DNA of 32,000 nucleotides. Source: Isorropodon fossajaponicum endosymbiont JTNG4 (lineage in GTDB: Bacteria > Pseudomonadota > Gammaproteobacteria > PS1 > Pseudothioglobaceae). Where the stretch lies: positions 1,200,001 to 1,232,000 of the forward strand of contig NZ_AP013043.1 in NCBI RefSeq assembly GCF_016592615.1, written 5' to 3'. Of the stretch, positions 8,242-16,799 are shown piece by piece. A model generated the notes under the pieces. The model saw only the letters and a list, made by a program, of their open reading frames with translations, made no database searches and had not been told where the DNA came from. Numbering within the stretch: position 1 is the stretch's first letter; every line of letters begins with the position of its first letter. The translations under genes were made by a program, and so were the position numbers.

Positions 8242-9153
8242 TTATAACCTAATTTTTATTATTGTAAATAAAATAATATACAAAAGATATAAAATTAAAT
8301 ACAACATATTTAAATTGATAACATGGTCATTGTGATTAAAAGTTTCTTCCAAAGGGTTGAGCGCTGTCAACCACCCCCTACCATCAGTAATCCAATTAAA
8401 ATTTAAACCTTGTGATTTAACAAAATCATTCAATGCTTGATATTCACCCGCAGTTGCTTTTAATTTAGATCCGCCGCCATAATAATTGACTTCAATTAGA
8501 TATAATTTTCTATTCTGTTCATTATATAAGGCAAAATCAAATCGACGATTATTTTTATCAATTCTAATTTCATAATCAAACATTGCTTTAATGCTTGCTT
8601 GTGTTGCTTGTTCTATGTAGCTAAAATTGTTATTTTCACTACAAAAATCTTGCAAATATTGAGATACAATACCCTCCATTAATTTGCCCGTTCTACCCTT
8701 CCTTGCATTGGTATCAAAACCAACCTCTACACCAAAACAATAATCTACTAAATTTTTAACGTGTTTATTTATAAAAATTTCTTTTAAACCGCTTTCATTA
8801 AAAAAGATCAACAACTCTTTTTTAATTTTTTCATCAATAGCGTTATAGAAAATATACGACTTATTCTCAGAGATTAATTCATCCACATCTGAAACAATCG
8901 GTGTATCTTGAAGCTTATTTTTTCTAGTAGCGATTAAAAGCGGTAATGCCTTCCTGATATTTGGATATTGTTTTATCAATGATATAAACTCACTTTCTAT
9001 ATCGTCTTTCCCAATCAAACTATTTAAAATATTAAGTTCCACATCGACTTTTGCAACATTTAATTTGACCTTGCTAAAGTCTGTGAAATAACTCCATGTA
9101 AATATTGAGTCTTGGAATGTAGTTTTTAAATCATTAAAATCGTACATTTTCAT
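8242..9153 (-). CDS. Type II restriction endonuclease, DpnII/MboI family (GATC-recognising family)
   Basis: 303-aa uninterrupted ORF, collinear with my recollection of DpnII (DpnB): ..W(S/T)YFTDF.KV..N....(V/I).LNI(L/M)NSLIG.., ..NLVDY..GVEVG.DTN.RK.RTG..ME.IV..YL.., ..RFDF......LYLIEVN(Y/F)Y...GSKL..TA..Y.., ..WITDG.GW... The last ~22 residues (YLILYLLYIILFTIIKIRL) are an unusual hydrophobic, AT-driven tail. Confidence 0.85.
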   Translation of the reverse strand: MKMYDFNDLKTTFQDSIFTWSYFTDFSKVKLNVAKVDVELNILNSLIGKDDIESEFISLIKQYPNIRKALPLLIATRKNKLQDTPIVSDVDELISENKSYIFYNAIDEKIKKELLIFFNESGLKEIFINKHVKNLVDYCFGVEVGFDTNARKGRTGKLMEGIVSQYLQDFCSENNNFSYIEQATQASIKAMFDYEIRIDKNNRRFDFALYNEQNRKLYLIEVNYYGGGSKLKATAGEYQALNDFVKSQGLNFNWITDGRGWLTALNPLEETFNHNDHVINLNMLYLILYLLYIILFTIIKIRL

Positions 9154-9481
9154 CTATCTTATTTTTAAACATCGCCCTTCCAGAAAAACTCCAATAAGTT
9201 ATGTCTTGCTCTATAAATAGCCATTTTATAGTCTTTAATAATGTTTCATATTCAACGCTGCCAATGTAGCAATTTTTTAATAGTGCAAATTTCCCATCTT
9301 TTAAAATTTTGCTAGGACCTTCACAATTGTAAATTTTCTCTACAGCCTCACCCATTAAAACAGAGTATTCTTGATTTTGCTGATTAATGGCTTGTAATTC
9401 TAAATACACACTGTCATGTCGTCTTGGGGTTATTGTTTCTCTTTTAGGGTTCTTTTCTGTTGGTGCTTTGAAACTGTACAT
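9134..9481 (-). CDS. Uncharacterised 115-aa ORF between the methylase remnant and the endonuclease
   Basis: It starts in the A8 run where the Dam frame breaks and overlaps the endonuclease start by 20 nt. The sequence (..EYSVLMGEAVEKIYNCEGPSKILKDGKFALLKNCYIGSVEYETLLKTIKWLFIEQDITYWSFSGR..) does not resemble the expected Dam C-terminus (SNS..ELY..R.I..). Coding status and function are unknown. Confidence 0.35.
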   Translation of the reverse strand: MYSFKAPTEKNPKRETITPRRHDSVYLELQAINQQNQEYSVLMGEAVEKIYNCEGPSKILKDGKFALLKNCYIGSVEYETLLKTIKWLFIEQDITYWSFSGRAMFKNKIDENVRF

Positions 9482-10203
9482 TTTTTTTGATGTAGTTTTT
9501 TAAACATATCAAACAACTGTTTTTGTTTTTCGTCTAAAAAAGCATTTTTATCGTAAGCAGTAAAACTGACAGTTTCAGTCAGTGGATAGTAAGGCGGATC
9601 AAGGTAAACAAAATCATTTGAATTTGCGTTGTCTATTGTCTTATCAAACGATTGGTTAGTAATAACGGCATTTTGCAATGCCTCACGGGCATTTAAAATT
9701 ACTTCTTTATCGGCAATATTTGGATTTTTATAACTGCCTATTGGCTATTGGCGCGTATTAAAATAACCTTTTGAGTTGACACGGTAAAGTCCGTTAAAAT
9801 AAGTCTTATTAAGGTAAATAAATCGTGCAGCTCTCACTAATTCTGTCAGTGTTTTAAAAATATCCCGCCTATCTAGTTCTCTAGTTTGATAATAAAACTC
9901 TTTATTATGGCTGTTCTTATAATATTCTAATTCAGTTATTAGCTTTTTAGGGCTACTTTTAACCACACTATAGGCATTAATAAGTTCTGAATTTATATCA
10001 GAAAGATATGCCTTTTTACCTTTTAGCATCCCCCTTGAATAAAGTTTAAAAAATACCGCACCACCACCTAAAAATGGCTCATGATAGTTATTAAAATCAG
10101 TGGGAAATTTGTCAAATAATTGTGTTATTAACCCTCTTTTCCCGCCTGCCCATTTTAAAAATGGCTTGGCTTGAGATTGAAGGGTGTTTTTAGAGATTGG
10201 CAT
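9430..10203 (-). pseudogene. Dam/DpnM-like N6-adenine DNA methyltransferase (alpha class), in-frame stop plus lost C-terminus
   Basis: N-terminal part: ..KPFLKWAGGKR..YHEPFLGGGAVFF..LSDINSELINAY..ARFIYLNKTYFNGLYRVNSKGYFN.. The next codons read TRQ and then TAG at 9745-9747. The same frame continues PIGSYKNPNIADKE..FVYLDPPYYPL (DPPY at 9589-9600) ..FTAYDKNAF..LFDMFKKLHQKK, then breaks at the A8 run (~9481-9488). The usual SNS..ELY.. C-terminal region is not found. Confidence 0.85.
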
Positions 10204-10258
10204 AATTCATAATTAAAAACTAAAAGACACAAAGTGTTTTTAATTTTAATTAAATACT

Positions 10259-12595
10259 CTACCTTTTGGTAACTTTTTTCTTAACTGTCTTCTTTTTGAC
10301 TTTAGGCTTGAGTTTTCCAGTAACCGCTTTTTTACATTCTTCAAGAGTTAGGTCTGCCGGGGCTTTATCGCCGAAGACTTTTTTGATGGTGATGTTTTTT
10401 TGACCTTTGCTTTTTTTCTTGCCGTTCCAAATGTAGGGGCCAAAACGGCCGTTGAGGACTTGGATGTCGGAGTCATCGAAGGCTTTGATGATGCGTTCGG
10501 CGTCGAATTTTTCTTTAGCTTTAATGAGTTCTAGTGCTTTTTCTAAGCTGACTTCTTCTGGGGTATCTTCCTTGAGTGCGACGTATTTCTTGCCATATTG
10601 GATATAGGGACCAAAGCGACCATAGTTGGCTTTAATGGTGCCAAAATCATCAGTCTCGCCGACGGTGCGAGGCATGTTAAATAATTCTAAAGCCTCATCA
10701 AGAGTAATGCTTTCAATGTCTAATGAGCCTCTGAGTGAGGCAAAGGCTGGCTTGTCTTTGTCGTCTTTATGGCCGATTTGGGCAAAAGCACCGTATCTGC
10801 CGAAACGCACGCTAACAGGTTTGCCACTTTTTGGGTCTGTGCCGAGTTCGCGCATGCCGTGGGTTTCTTCTCTGGAAATGTCAGCAGCGTCTTCAATTTT
10901 TTGATGAAAAGGGGTGTAAAAATTCTTAACTACGCCTTGCCACGGGACATTTTGTGTGGCAATGGTGTCAAAATCACTTTCAAGTTTGGCAGTGAATTTA
11001 TAATCAATGATGTTGTCAAAATATTTGACTAGAAAATCGGTGAGTAAATAGGCAACATTGGTTGGGAACAATTTGTTTTTTTCAGCGCCTGTTACTTCGC
11101 TTGGCTGTGATTGAATGACCTGGTTGTCTTTGATTTCAATCAGTTGATACGCACGTTCAACACCTTCTCTGGTCTCTTTTGTGACGTAATTTCTGTCTTG
11201 CACTGTCGATACCATAGTGGCGAATGTTGAAGGCCTACCGATACCCATTTCCTCAATTTTTTTCACTAGCGAAGCTTCAGTGTAGCGAGGTTTAGCTCTT
11301 GAAAAGCTCTCTCTGGCTTTAAAACTAGCCAAACTCAATATATCGCCTTTGTTTAAATCGGGCAATAATTTATCCTCTGACGATAGATAATCATAAACTC
11401 TTAAAAACCCTGGAAATGTCAATATTTCGCCATTAGCTAGGAATTTTTCCTCAAGCCCTGAAATGTTGATTTTTATTTGGGTTTTTTGTAATTGAGCGTC
11501 GCTCATTTGGCAAGCCAATGTGCGTTTGTAAATAAGGCTATATAATTTAGCAGCCTGATCTTCAATACCAAAAATACTAGGCTTGGTTAAATCAGTTGGG
11601 CGAATTGCCTCATGCGCTTCTTGTGCACCTGTATCTTTGGTTTTATATCGTCTTATGTGGTGATAGTCACTGCCAAATTCTTTTGCAATGACTTGACCGG
11701 CTGCCTCAATGGCTATTTCTGACAGCGTGAATGAATCAGTTCGCATGTAAGTAATAGAGCCTTCACGGTACAAATTTTGTGCCAAAGTCATGGTTTGCTT
11801 AACCGAAAAGCCTAATTTTTGAGAGGCTTCTTGTTGCAAGGTTGAGGTAATAAAGGGGGGCTTTGATGAGCGTTTAGAGGGTTTTTTCTCAGTTGATGCA
11901 ACGGTTAAATTAGCCGATAAAAGCGCATTAGCAAAGGCTAATGCCTGCTCTTTAGATTCAAACTCTTTGCTCAGTTTAACCTCAGACATCTCGCCACCTT
12001 CACTCACCAACTCTGCTTTGACTTTGTAAGTAGAATTGGTAATATGTTGGCTAATTTCTCGCTCTCTTTCGACCACGAGGCGCATCACTGGGGATTGCAC
12101 CCTGCCAGCAGAACGCGCGCCTGAAATCTTGCGCCATAGAACAGGCGATATTTCAAAACCTACCAATCTGTCAATAATGCGGCGTGCTTGTTGAGCATCT
12201 ACCAACTGATAATCAACCGTTCTAGGCTTAACAATGGCGTTAGTAATAGCACTTTTGGTAATCTCATGAAAGACAATTCTTGGGGTGTCTTTGGGCAAAT
12301 TGAGTGCTTCTAGTAAATGCCAAGCAATAGCCTCACCTTCGCGATCCTCGTCCGTTGCGAGATAGACTTTTTCTGCTACTTTTACGGCCTTGCGCAAATC
12401 AGCGACTACTTTTTTCTTATCCGTGGTAATTTCATAGGTGGGGATAAAATTGTTTTCAATGTCAATGCCCATGTTTTTCTTGGGCATGTCACGGATGTGA
12501 CCAATACTAGATTTAACGCTAAAGTCCTTACCTAAAAACTTTCCAATGGTTTTAGCTTTGGCAGGGGACTCAACAATAACAAGATTTTTTGCCAT
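10259..12595 (-). CDS. topA: DNA topoisomerase I
   Basis: 778 aa. Toprim N-terminus (LVIVESPAKAKTIGKFLG, ATDEDREGEAIAWHL), the active-site region ITYMRTDS, and a lysine-rich C-terminal tail. Confidence 0.97.
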   Translation of the reverse strand: MAKNLVIVESPAKAKTIGKFLGKDFSVKSSIGHIRDMPKKNMGIDIENNFIPTYEITTDKKKVVADLRKAVKVAEKVYLATDEDREGEAIAWHLLEALNLPKDTPRIVFHEITKSAITNAIVKPRTVDYQLVDAQQARRIIDRLVGFEISPVLWRKISGARSAGRVQSPVMRLVVEREREISQHITNSTYKVKAELVSEGGEMSEVKLSKEFESKEQALAFANALLSANLTVASTEKKPSKRSSKPPFITSTLQQEASQKLGFSVKQTMTLAQNLYREGSITYMRTDSFTLSEIAIEAAGQVIAKEFGSDYHHIRRYKTKDTGAQEAHEAIRPTDLTKPSIFGIEDQAAKLYSLIYKRTLACQMSDAQLQKTQIKINISGLEEKFLANGEILTFPGFLRVYDYLSSEDKLLPDLNKGDILSLASFKARESFSRAKPRYTEASLVKKIEEMGIGRPSTFATMVSTVQDRNYVTKETREGVERAYQLIEIKDNQVIQSQPSEVTGAEKNKLFPTNVAYLLTDFLVKYFDNIIDYKFTAKLESDFDTIATQNVPWQGVVKNFYTPFHQKIEDAADISREETHGMRELGTDPKSGKPVSVRFGRYGAFAQIGHKDDKDKPAFASLRGSLDIESITLDEALELFNMPRTVGETDDFGTIKANYGRFGPYIQYGKKYVALKEDTPEEVSLEKALELIKAKEKFDAERIIKAFDDSDIQVLNGRFGPYIWNGKKKSKGQKNITIKKVFGDKAPADLTLEECKKAVTGKLKPKVKKKTVKKKVTKR

Positions 12596-13086
12596 TATTG
12601 AATGGTGTGATTGTCATCAAGAAACACGATGGATTCTAGCCATTGCGCTGATGTTTCGCCATCAACACTATTGCCTAATACCATCATCACTACCCATTTA
12701 AGATCTTCTAAAGAGATACTAGCATCGCCCAATGACATGATTTGATCAATAATCATCTCGCGCTGATTAGCATCTAGTTGGCCAATATTTTCCATAAACA
12801 GCAAAAAGCCTCTAGATTTAGTGCTGAGTTTTATTTTTTCAGACTCAGTATAAATACGCATACCGGCTTGATAAGTCGTCTTGAATGGCTTGATTTTGCC
12901 ATCTTGAATGGTGGTGATGTTTTCTAGCCAACTAAGCACCTTATCAATGTGCATTGTATCAAATCCAATGTCTGAAAGATGTGCTCTTAACTCGGTATCA
13001 TCAATTTCATGGGTAGAATCTTGCTCTGCCTCTTCAAAAAGATAATCAAACATATAAGTTAGAACATCAAGAATGTTATTTGTCAT
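12595..13086 (-). CDS. smg: Smg protein (DUF494)
   Basis: 163 aa, collinear with E. coli Smg as I recall it (..DVL.Y.F....., GF....I...L.WLE, MRIYT..E...L....RGFLLF.E.I..L....RE..I......L......LEDLKWV..MVL.N). Confidence 0.85.
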   Translation of the reverse strand: MTNNILDVLTYMFDYLFEEAEQDSTHEIDDTELRAHLSDIGFDTMHIDKVLSWLENITTIQDGKIKPFKTTYQAGMRIYTESEKIKLSTKSRGFLLFMENIGQLDANQREMIIDQIMSLGDASISLEDLKWVVMMVLGNSVDGETSAQWLESIVFLDDNHTIQ

Positions 13087-13093
13087 AAAAATC

Positions 13094-13468
13094 TCACTTA
13101 GTTAGTACGTAGCCTGATCCTGTCATTTTAGCCACCTTGTTTTCAAGCTCAAGTAATAAAAGCGCTTGGGTAATTATCTGTGGGCTAAGGTTGGTTTTTT
13201 CAACCAGCTTATCAACCGTCACCGCATTATAACTCAGACATTTTAATAGCATAGCATCTGTTTTATCTACATTTTTTGCATAAGTAGCTTCTTTTTTAAG
13301 TAAAACCGACAAGCCTAGCCCTTTGGGTAGCTCGGATAATATATCTTCAATATTGTCAGTTAGCTTAGAACCTTGCTTAATAAGTTGATGGTAGCCCTTT
13401 GATAATGGATTGTGAATTGAACTAGGTATTGTAGCATTTTTTAAATATGGGTATAAAAAACGATGCAA
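13094..13468 (-). pseudogene. dprA: DprA/Smf remnant (C-terminal ~110 codons only)
   Basis: ..ATIPSSIHNPLSKGYHQLIKQGSKLTDNIEDILSEL.. matches the DprA region (F)AIPGSI.NP.S.G.H.LIKQGAKLV...DIL.EL, followed by the C-terminal wHTH-like domain. An in-frame stop lies at 13478-13480. Only ~85 bp separate it from rpmH, so the ~250 N-terminal codons are absent. Confidence 0.75.
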
Positions 13469-13554
13469 TATTAACCCTTAACAAGACAACAAATATAAGG
13501 CTGTCGAATTAAGTCATGGTAAAATTGAGAGATTTTATCATAAAGATATTCATT

Positions 13555-13695
13555 ATGAAGCAAAAGAGAACCTTTCAACCGAGTGTCATCAAACGTAAAC
13601 GTACACACGGTTTCAGATCAAGAATGAGCACCAAATCAGGTCGTGCTGTGATTAATGCACGTAGAAAAAAAAGGCGTAAGCGTTTAGCAGCTTAG
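13555..13695 (+). CDS. rpmH: 50S ribosomal protein L34
   Basis: Not in the ORF track because it is short. Hand translation gives [46 protein letters not shown]-stop, the classic L34 sequence, upstream of rnpA. Confidence 0.95.
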   Translation: MKQKRTFQPSVIKRKRTHGFRSRMSTKSGRAVINARRKKRRKRLAA

Positions 13696-13704
13696 CTAAT
13701 TTAA

Positions 13705-14046
13705 GTGTCCCTTAGGCTAACACACAACTTAAGAATTTTAAAACCCTTTGATTATAAAGCTATTTTTAATCATGGCAAAATGACCAAAGGGCGATACTGG
13801 CAAATCATCGCACGAAAAATTGACACACCCACACCACGCCTTGGACTTGCCATTGCAAAAAAAGTTCATAAATTAGCTGTTGATAGAAATAGAGCCAAAA
13901 GAATGGCACGCGAAACCTTTAGAACACATCAAAATGACTTAAATCATTGGGAGTTTGTAGTAATGGCAAGGCATTCAAAGCCCGCTAAAAACTCTATAAT
14001 GACTGATGACTTGCTACATTTATTCAAAAAAATAACCACTCATTAA
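13705..14046 (+). CDS. rnpA: Ribonuclease P protein component
   Basis: 113-aa basic protein with a GTG start in the conserved rpmH-rnpA-yidD-yidC context. ..[29 protein letters not shown].. is the RnpA RNR-type motif region. Confidence 0.9.
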   Translation: MSLRLTHNLRILKPFDYKAIFNHGKMTKGRYWQIIARKIDTPTPRLGLAIAKKVHKLAVDRNRAKRMARETFRTHQNDLNHWEFVVMARHSKPAKNSIMTDDLLHLFKKITTH

Positions 14047-14261
14047 TGCGTTACTTACTCTTAATGCCCATTAAATTTTACCAACTATTTATTAGCCCCT
14101 TATTGGGTTCTAATTGTCGTTTTCAGCCAACTTGCTCGCAGTATTCCTATGACGCAATCCAAGCGCATGGCTTTTTTAAGGGGCTTGGTCTTAGTTTAAA
14201 ACGTATTGGTAAGTGTCATCCATGGCATGATGGTGGGTTTGATCCCGTACCAAAAAAATAA
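14046..14261 (+). CDS. yidD: Membrane protein insertion efficiency factor YidD
   Basis: 71 aa. ..[58 protein letters not shown] is the YidD signature. Confidence 0.92.
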   Translation: MRYLLLMPIKFYQLFISPLLGSNCRFQPTCSQYSYDAIQAHGFFKGLGLSLKRIGKCHPWHDGGFDPVPKK

Positions 14262-14289
14262 TGCTACTCTTAAATTAATTAACAATCTT

Positions 14290-15915
14290 ATGAACAACCA
14301 AAAATTCTTTCTCATTGCTGCTATTTTTTTAAGTATTTTTCTCTTATGGGACAAGTGGGAGGTAACACATGCAGTGGGTGCAAACGGTAATTTAATCAGC
14401 CAAACCAAAATTAAAAGTGCTAGTACGACAAACGATTCCTTAGCAAATCAGAACTTAGACGTGCCCAGTGTTACAAATCGTAATGCTGAATTAGACCTTC
14501 CTAATGCTGTTGCAAAAAATCAAGGCCCATTTACAACGGTCACAACAGATTTACTAACCTTAGAGATTAGCCACAAGGGTGGCACTATCCAAAATGCATG
14601 GCTTAATGATTATCCAATAGAGATTAATTCTGAGCAAAAGTTTCAGCTGCTTAGTGATAAAACTGGTGAAATATTCCAAGCACAAAGTGGTTTATTGCCG
14701 CAAGGACAAATGCCTACTCACCACTCAATATTTAGTTCAAAAAATAGCCACTATCAAATGGATGGTAATAGTTTGGTTGTGCCCTTTACTTGGCAAAGTG
14801 AGAATGGCATCAAAGTCACCAAGCGATATCACTTTAACAAAAACAGCTACGTGGTTGGCATTGATTACCAAGTAACCAATACTACTAACAATACATTAAA
14901 CATAACTGGTTATACACAACTGGTTCGCAATGCGCTTGATCAATCCAACATGATGATGCCAACCTACACAGGTGGTGCAAGGTTTGATGACCAAGATGTG
15001 TATGAAAAAATAGAGTTTGAAGACTTTGGCGACCAGCCAAAAACCACCTCCAAAGGCGGTTGGATAGCAATGATTGAGCATTACTTTTTTGTAGCTGCAA
15101 TCCCAGATGCAAACCAAACACATACTTATTCATCAAAGATTATCAATGGTGAGTATTTACTAACCGTTGTAAACCCAGAACTAGCAATAGCACCTGGTGC
15201 AACAGCCACGCTACCAAGCAGTAGCCTTTATATCGGACCTAAAGAGCAAGAACAAATTAACAATGTTGCGCCGGGCTTAGACAAAACTGTTGACTACGGC
15301 GTACTGTTTATTATTGCTAAGCCATTATCTGAGTTGCTTGGCTGGATTTATTCAATAATTCACTCCTGGGGTTATTCTATTATCGTCCTTACTTTGTTAA
15401 TCAAATTGGCGTTTTATAAGCTCAGCGAAAAATCATACCGCTCAATGGCAGGCATGCGACAACTCGCCCCAAGATTGACAAAGCTTAAAGAGGCCTATGG
15501 TGATGACAAACAAAAACTGGGTCAAAAAACCATGGAATTATATAAAAAGGAAAAAATCAACCCTGCCTCTGGTTGTTTACCCATCTTGGTACAAATTCCT
15601 GTATTTATCTCACTTTACTGGGTACTATTAGAAATGGTTGAATTACGCCAAGCACCATTTTGGTATTTAACCGATTTATCAACCCAAGACCCTTACTACA
15701 TATTGCCACTCATCATGGGTGTTTCGATGTTTGTTCAACAAAAACTAAACCCGCCGCCACCTGACCCAATGCAAGCAAAAATTATGATGGCATTGCCTTT
15801 TGTATTTACCATTTTCTTCCTATGGTTCCCGTCTGGATTGGTGCTTTATTGGGTGGTTAACAACATCTTATCAATCACCCAACAATGGGTGATTGATAAA
15901 CGCATTAACGGCTAA
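14290..15915 (+). CDS. yidC: Membrane protein insertase YidC
   Basis: Start chosen at MNNQKFFLIAAIFLSIFLLWDKW (ATG 14290), after the yidD stop, rather than the track start at 14206. It has a large periplasmic domain and the conserved C-terminal core (..MRQLAPRLTKLKE.YGDDKQKL.Q..MELYKKEKINP..GCLPILVQIPVFI.LYWVL..). Confidence 0.95.
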   Translation: MNNQKFFLIAAIFLSIFLLWDKWEVTHAVGANGNLISQTKIKSASTTNDSLANQNLDVPSVTNRNAELDLPNAVAKNQGPFTTVTTDLLTLEISHKGGTIQNAWLNDYPIEINSEQKFQLLSDKTGEIFQAQSGLLPQGQMPTHHSIFSSKNSHYQMDGNSLVVPFTWQSENGIKVTKRYHFNKNSYVVGIDYQVTNTTNNTLNITGYTQLVRNALDQSNMMMPTYTGGARFDDQDVYEKIEFEDFGDQPKTTSKGGWIAMIEHYFFVAAIPDANQTHTYSSKIINGEYLLTVVNPELAIAPGATATLPSSSLYIGPKEQEQINNVAPGLDKTVDYGVLFIIAKPLSELLGWIYSIIHSWGYSIIVLTLLIKLAFYKLSEKSYRSMAGMRQLAPRLTKLKEAYGDDKQKLGQKTMELYKKEKINPASGCLPILVQIPVFISLYWVLLEMVELRQAPFWYLTDLSTQDPYYILPLIMGVSMFVQQKLNPPPPDPMQAKIMMALPFVFTIFFLWFPSGLVLYWVVNNILSITQQWVIDKRING

Positions 15916-15923
15916 AAATTATT

Positions 15924-16784
15924 ATGTCCATTCTTAGCAATTTGGATGAATACAAACGTTGGCGAGATAACAAACTAGCAAATGCTAATACTAAGATTGA
16001 AACTTGTTTAATTGAAATTAGTAATCCTTTTGAACTCACACGCTCAGAAAAAGACAGGATTAAGCTTTTTTGCCAGCAAAACAATTTTGCCTTGTTTAAC
16101 ATTAAGCAACAAGACAACTACCCGCAAGCCATTATTGCCATTAATAAACAGCTTGGATTAATAGATTATGACCCACATTTATACGTCCAAGACCAAGGCT
16201 TAGCGCATATTACCCAAAGCGTAAAAAAAGACCAGGCAGAATTTATTCCCTACACTGATAAGGCCATCGGCTGGCACACAGACGGTTATTACAATACAAT
16301 AGAGCAGCGCATACGTGCCTTTTCTTTGTTTTGTGTCACACCTGCAAGCCGTGGTGGAGAAAACCAATGGATTGATCAGCAAATGGTGTATTTACAACTA
16401 AGGGAGTCTAATCCAGATGTTGCTAAGGCGCTTACTCATACCCAAGCCATGAGTATACCCGAGCACGTTGTGAACGGCGTTGTCAGGCGTAAAACCTCCA
16501 TAGGCGCCATTTTTTTTATTGATGAACCTAGCTCACAACTTTATATGCGCTATACGCAAAGAAAGAAAAACATCAAATTTTTAGATGCTCAAAAAGTTAA
16601 GCAAGCCATTACCATTTTAGATGCACATTTAAGCGCGACCACTGAATATCACTTTAGCCATACTATGACTGCTAATCAGGGCATGTTGTGCAACAACATC
16701 CTGCACAAGCGTTCTGGGTTTATTGACAATCCGCTCAATCCAAGATTGCTGCTCAGAGGTCGTTACTTTAATCGGTTAAATTAG
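15924..16784 (+). CDS. TauD/TfdA-family Fe(II)/2-oxoglutarate-dependent dioxygenase-like protein
   Basis: 286 aa with an HxD-type motif (GWHTDGYY), then ..SLFCVTPASRGGENQW.. and a C-terminal ..HKRSGF.. region typical of this fold. Family-level call only; substrate unknown. Confidence 0.6.
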   Translation: MSILSNLDEYKRWRDNKLANANTKIETCLIEISNPFELTRSEKDRIKLFCQQNNFALFNIKQQDNYPQAIIAINKQLGLIDYDPHLYVQDQGLAHITQSVKKDQAEFIPYTDKAIGWHTDGYYNTIEQRIRAFSLFCVTPASRGGENQWIDQQMVYLQLRESNPDVAKALTHTQAMSIPEHVVNGVVRRKTSIGAIFFIDEPSSQLYMRYTQRKKNIKFLDAQKVKQAITILDAHLSATTEYHFSHTMTANQGMLCNNILHKRSGFIDNPLNPRLLLRGRYFNRLN

Positions 16785-16799
16785 GGTTATAATTGAGCG

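Noticed and set aside
10626-12535. Plus-strand ORFs 10626-10904, 10769-11032 and 12317-12535 within topA
   Set aside because: They are antisense to an unambiguous 778-aa topoisomerase I gene, with no RBS and no recognisable domain.
14206-14289. Upstream extension of yidC to ATG 14206 (569-aa version)
   Set aside because: The extension overlaps the 3' end of yidD in another frame and adds non-conserved residues. MNNQKFFLIAAIFLSIFLLWDKW (14290) is a typical YidC N-terminal anchor.
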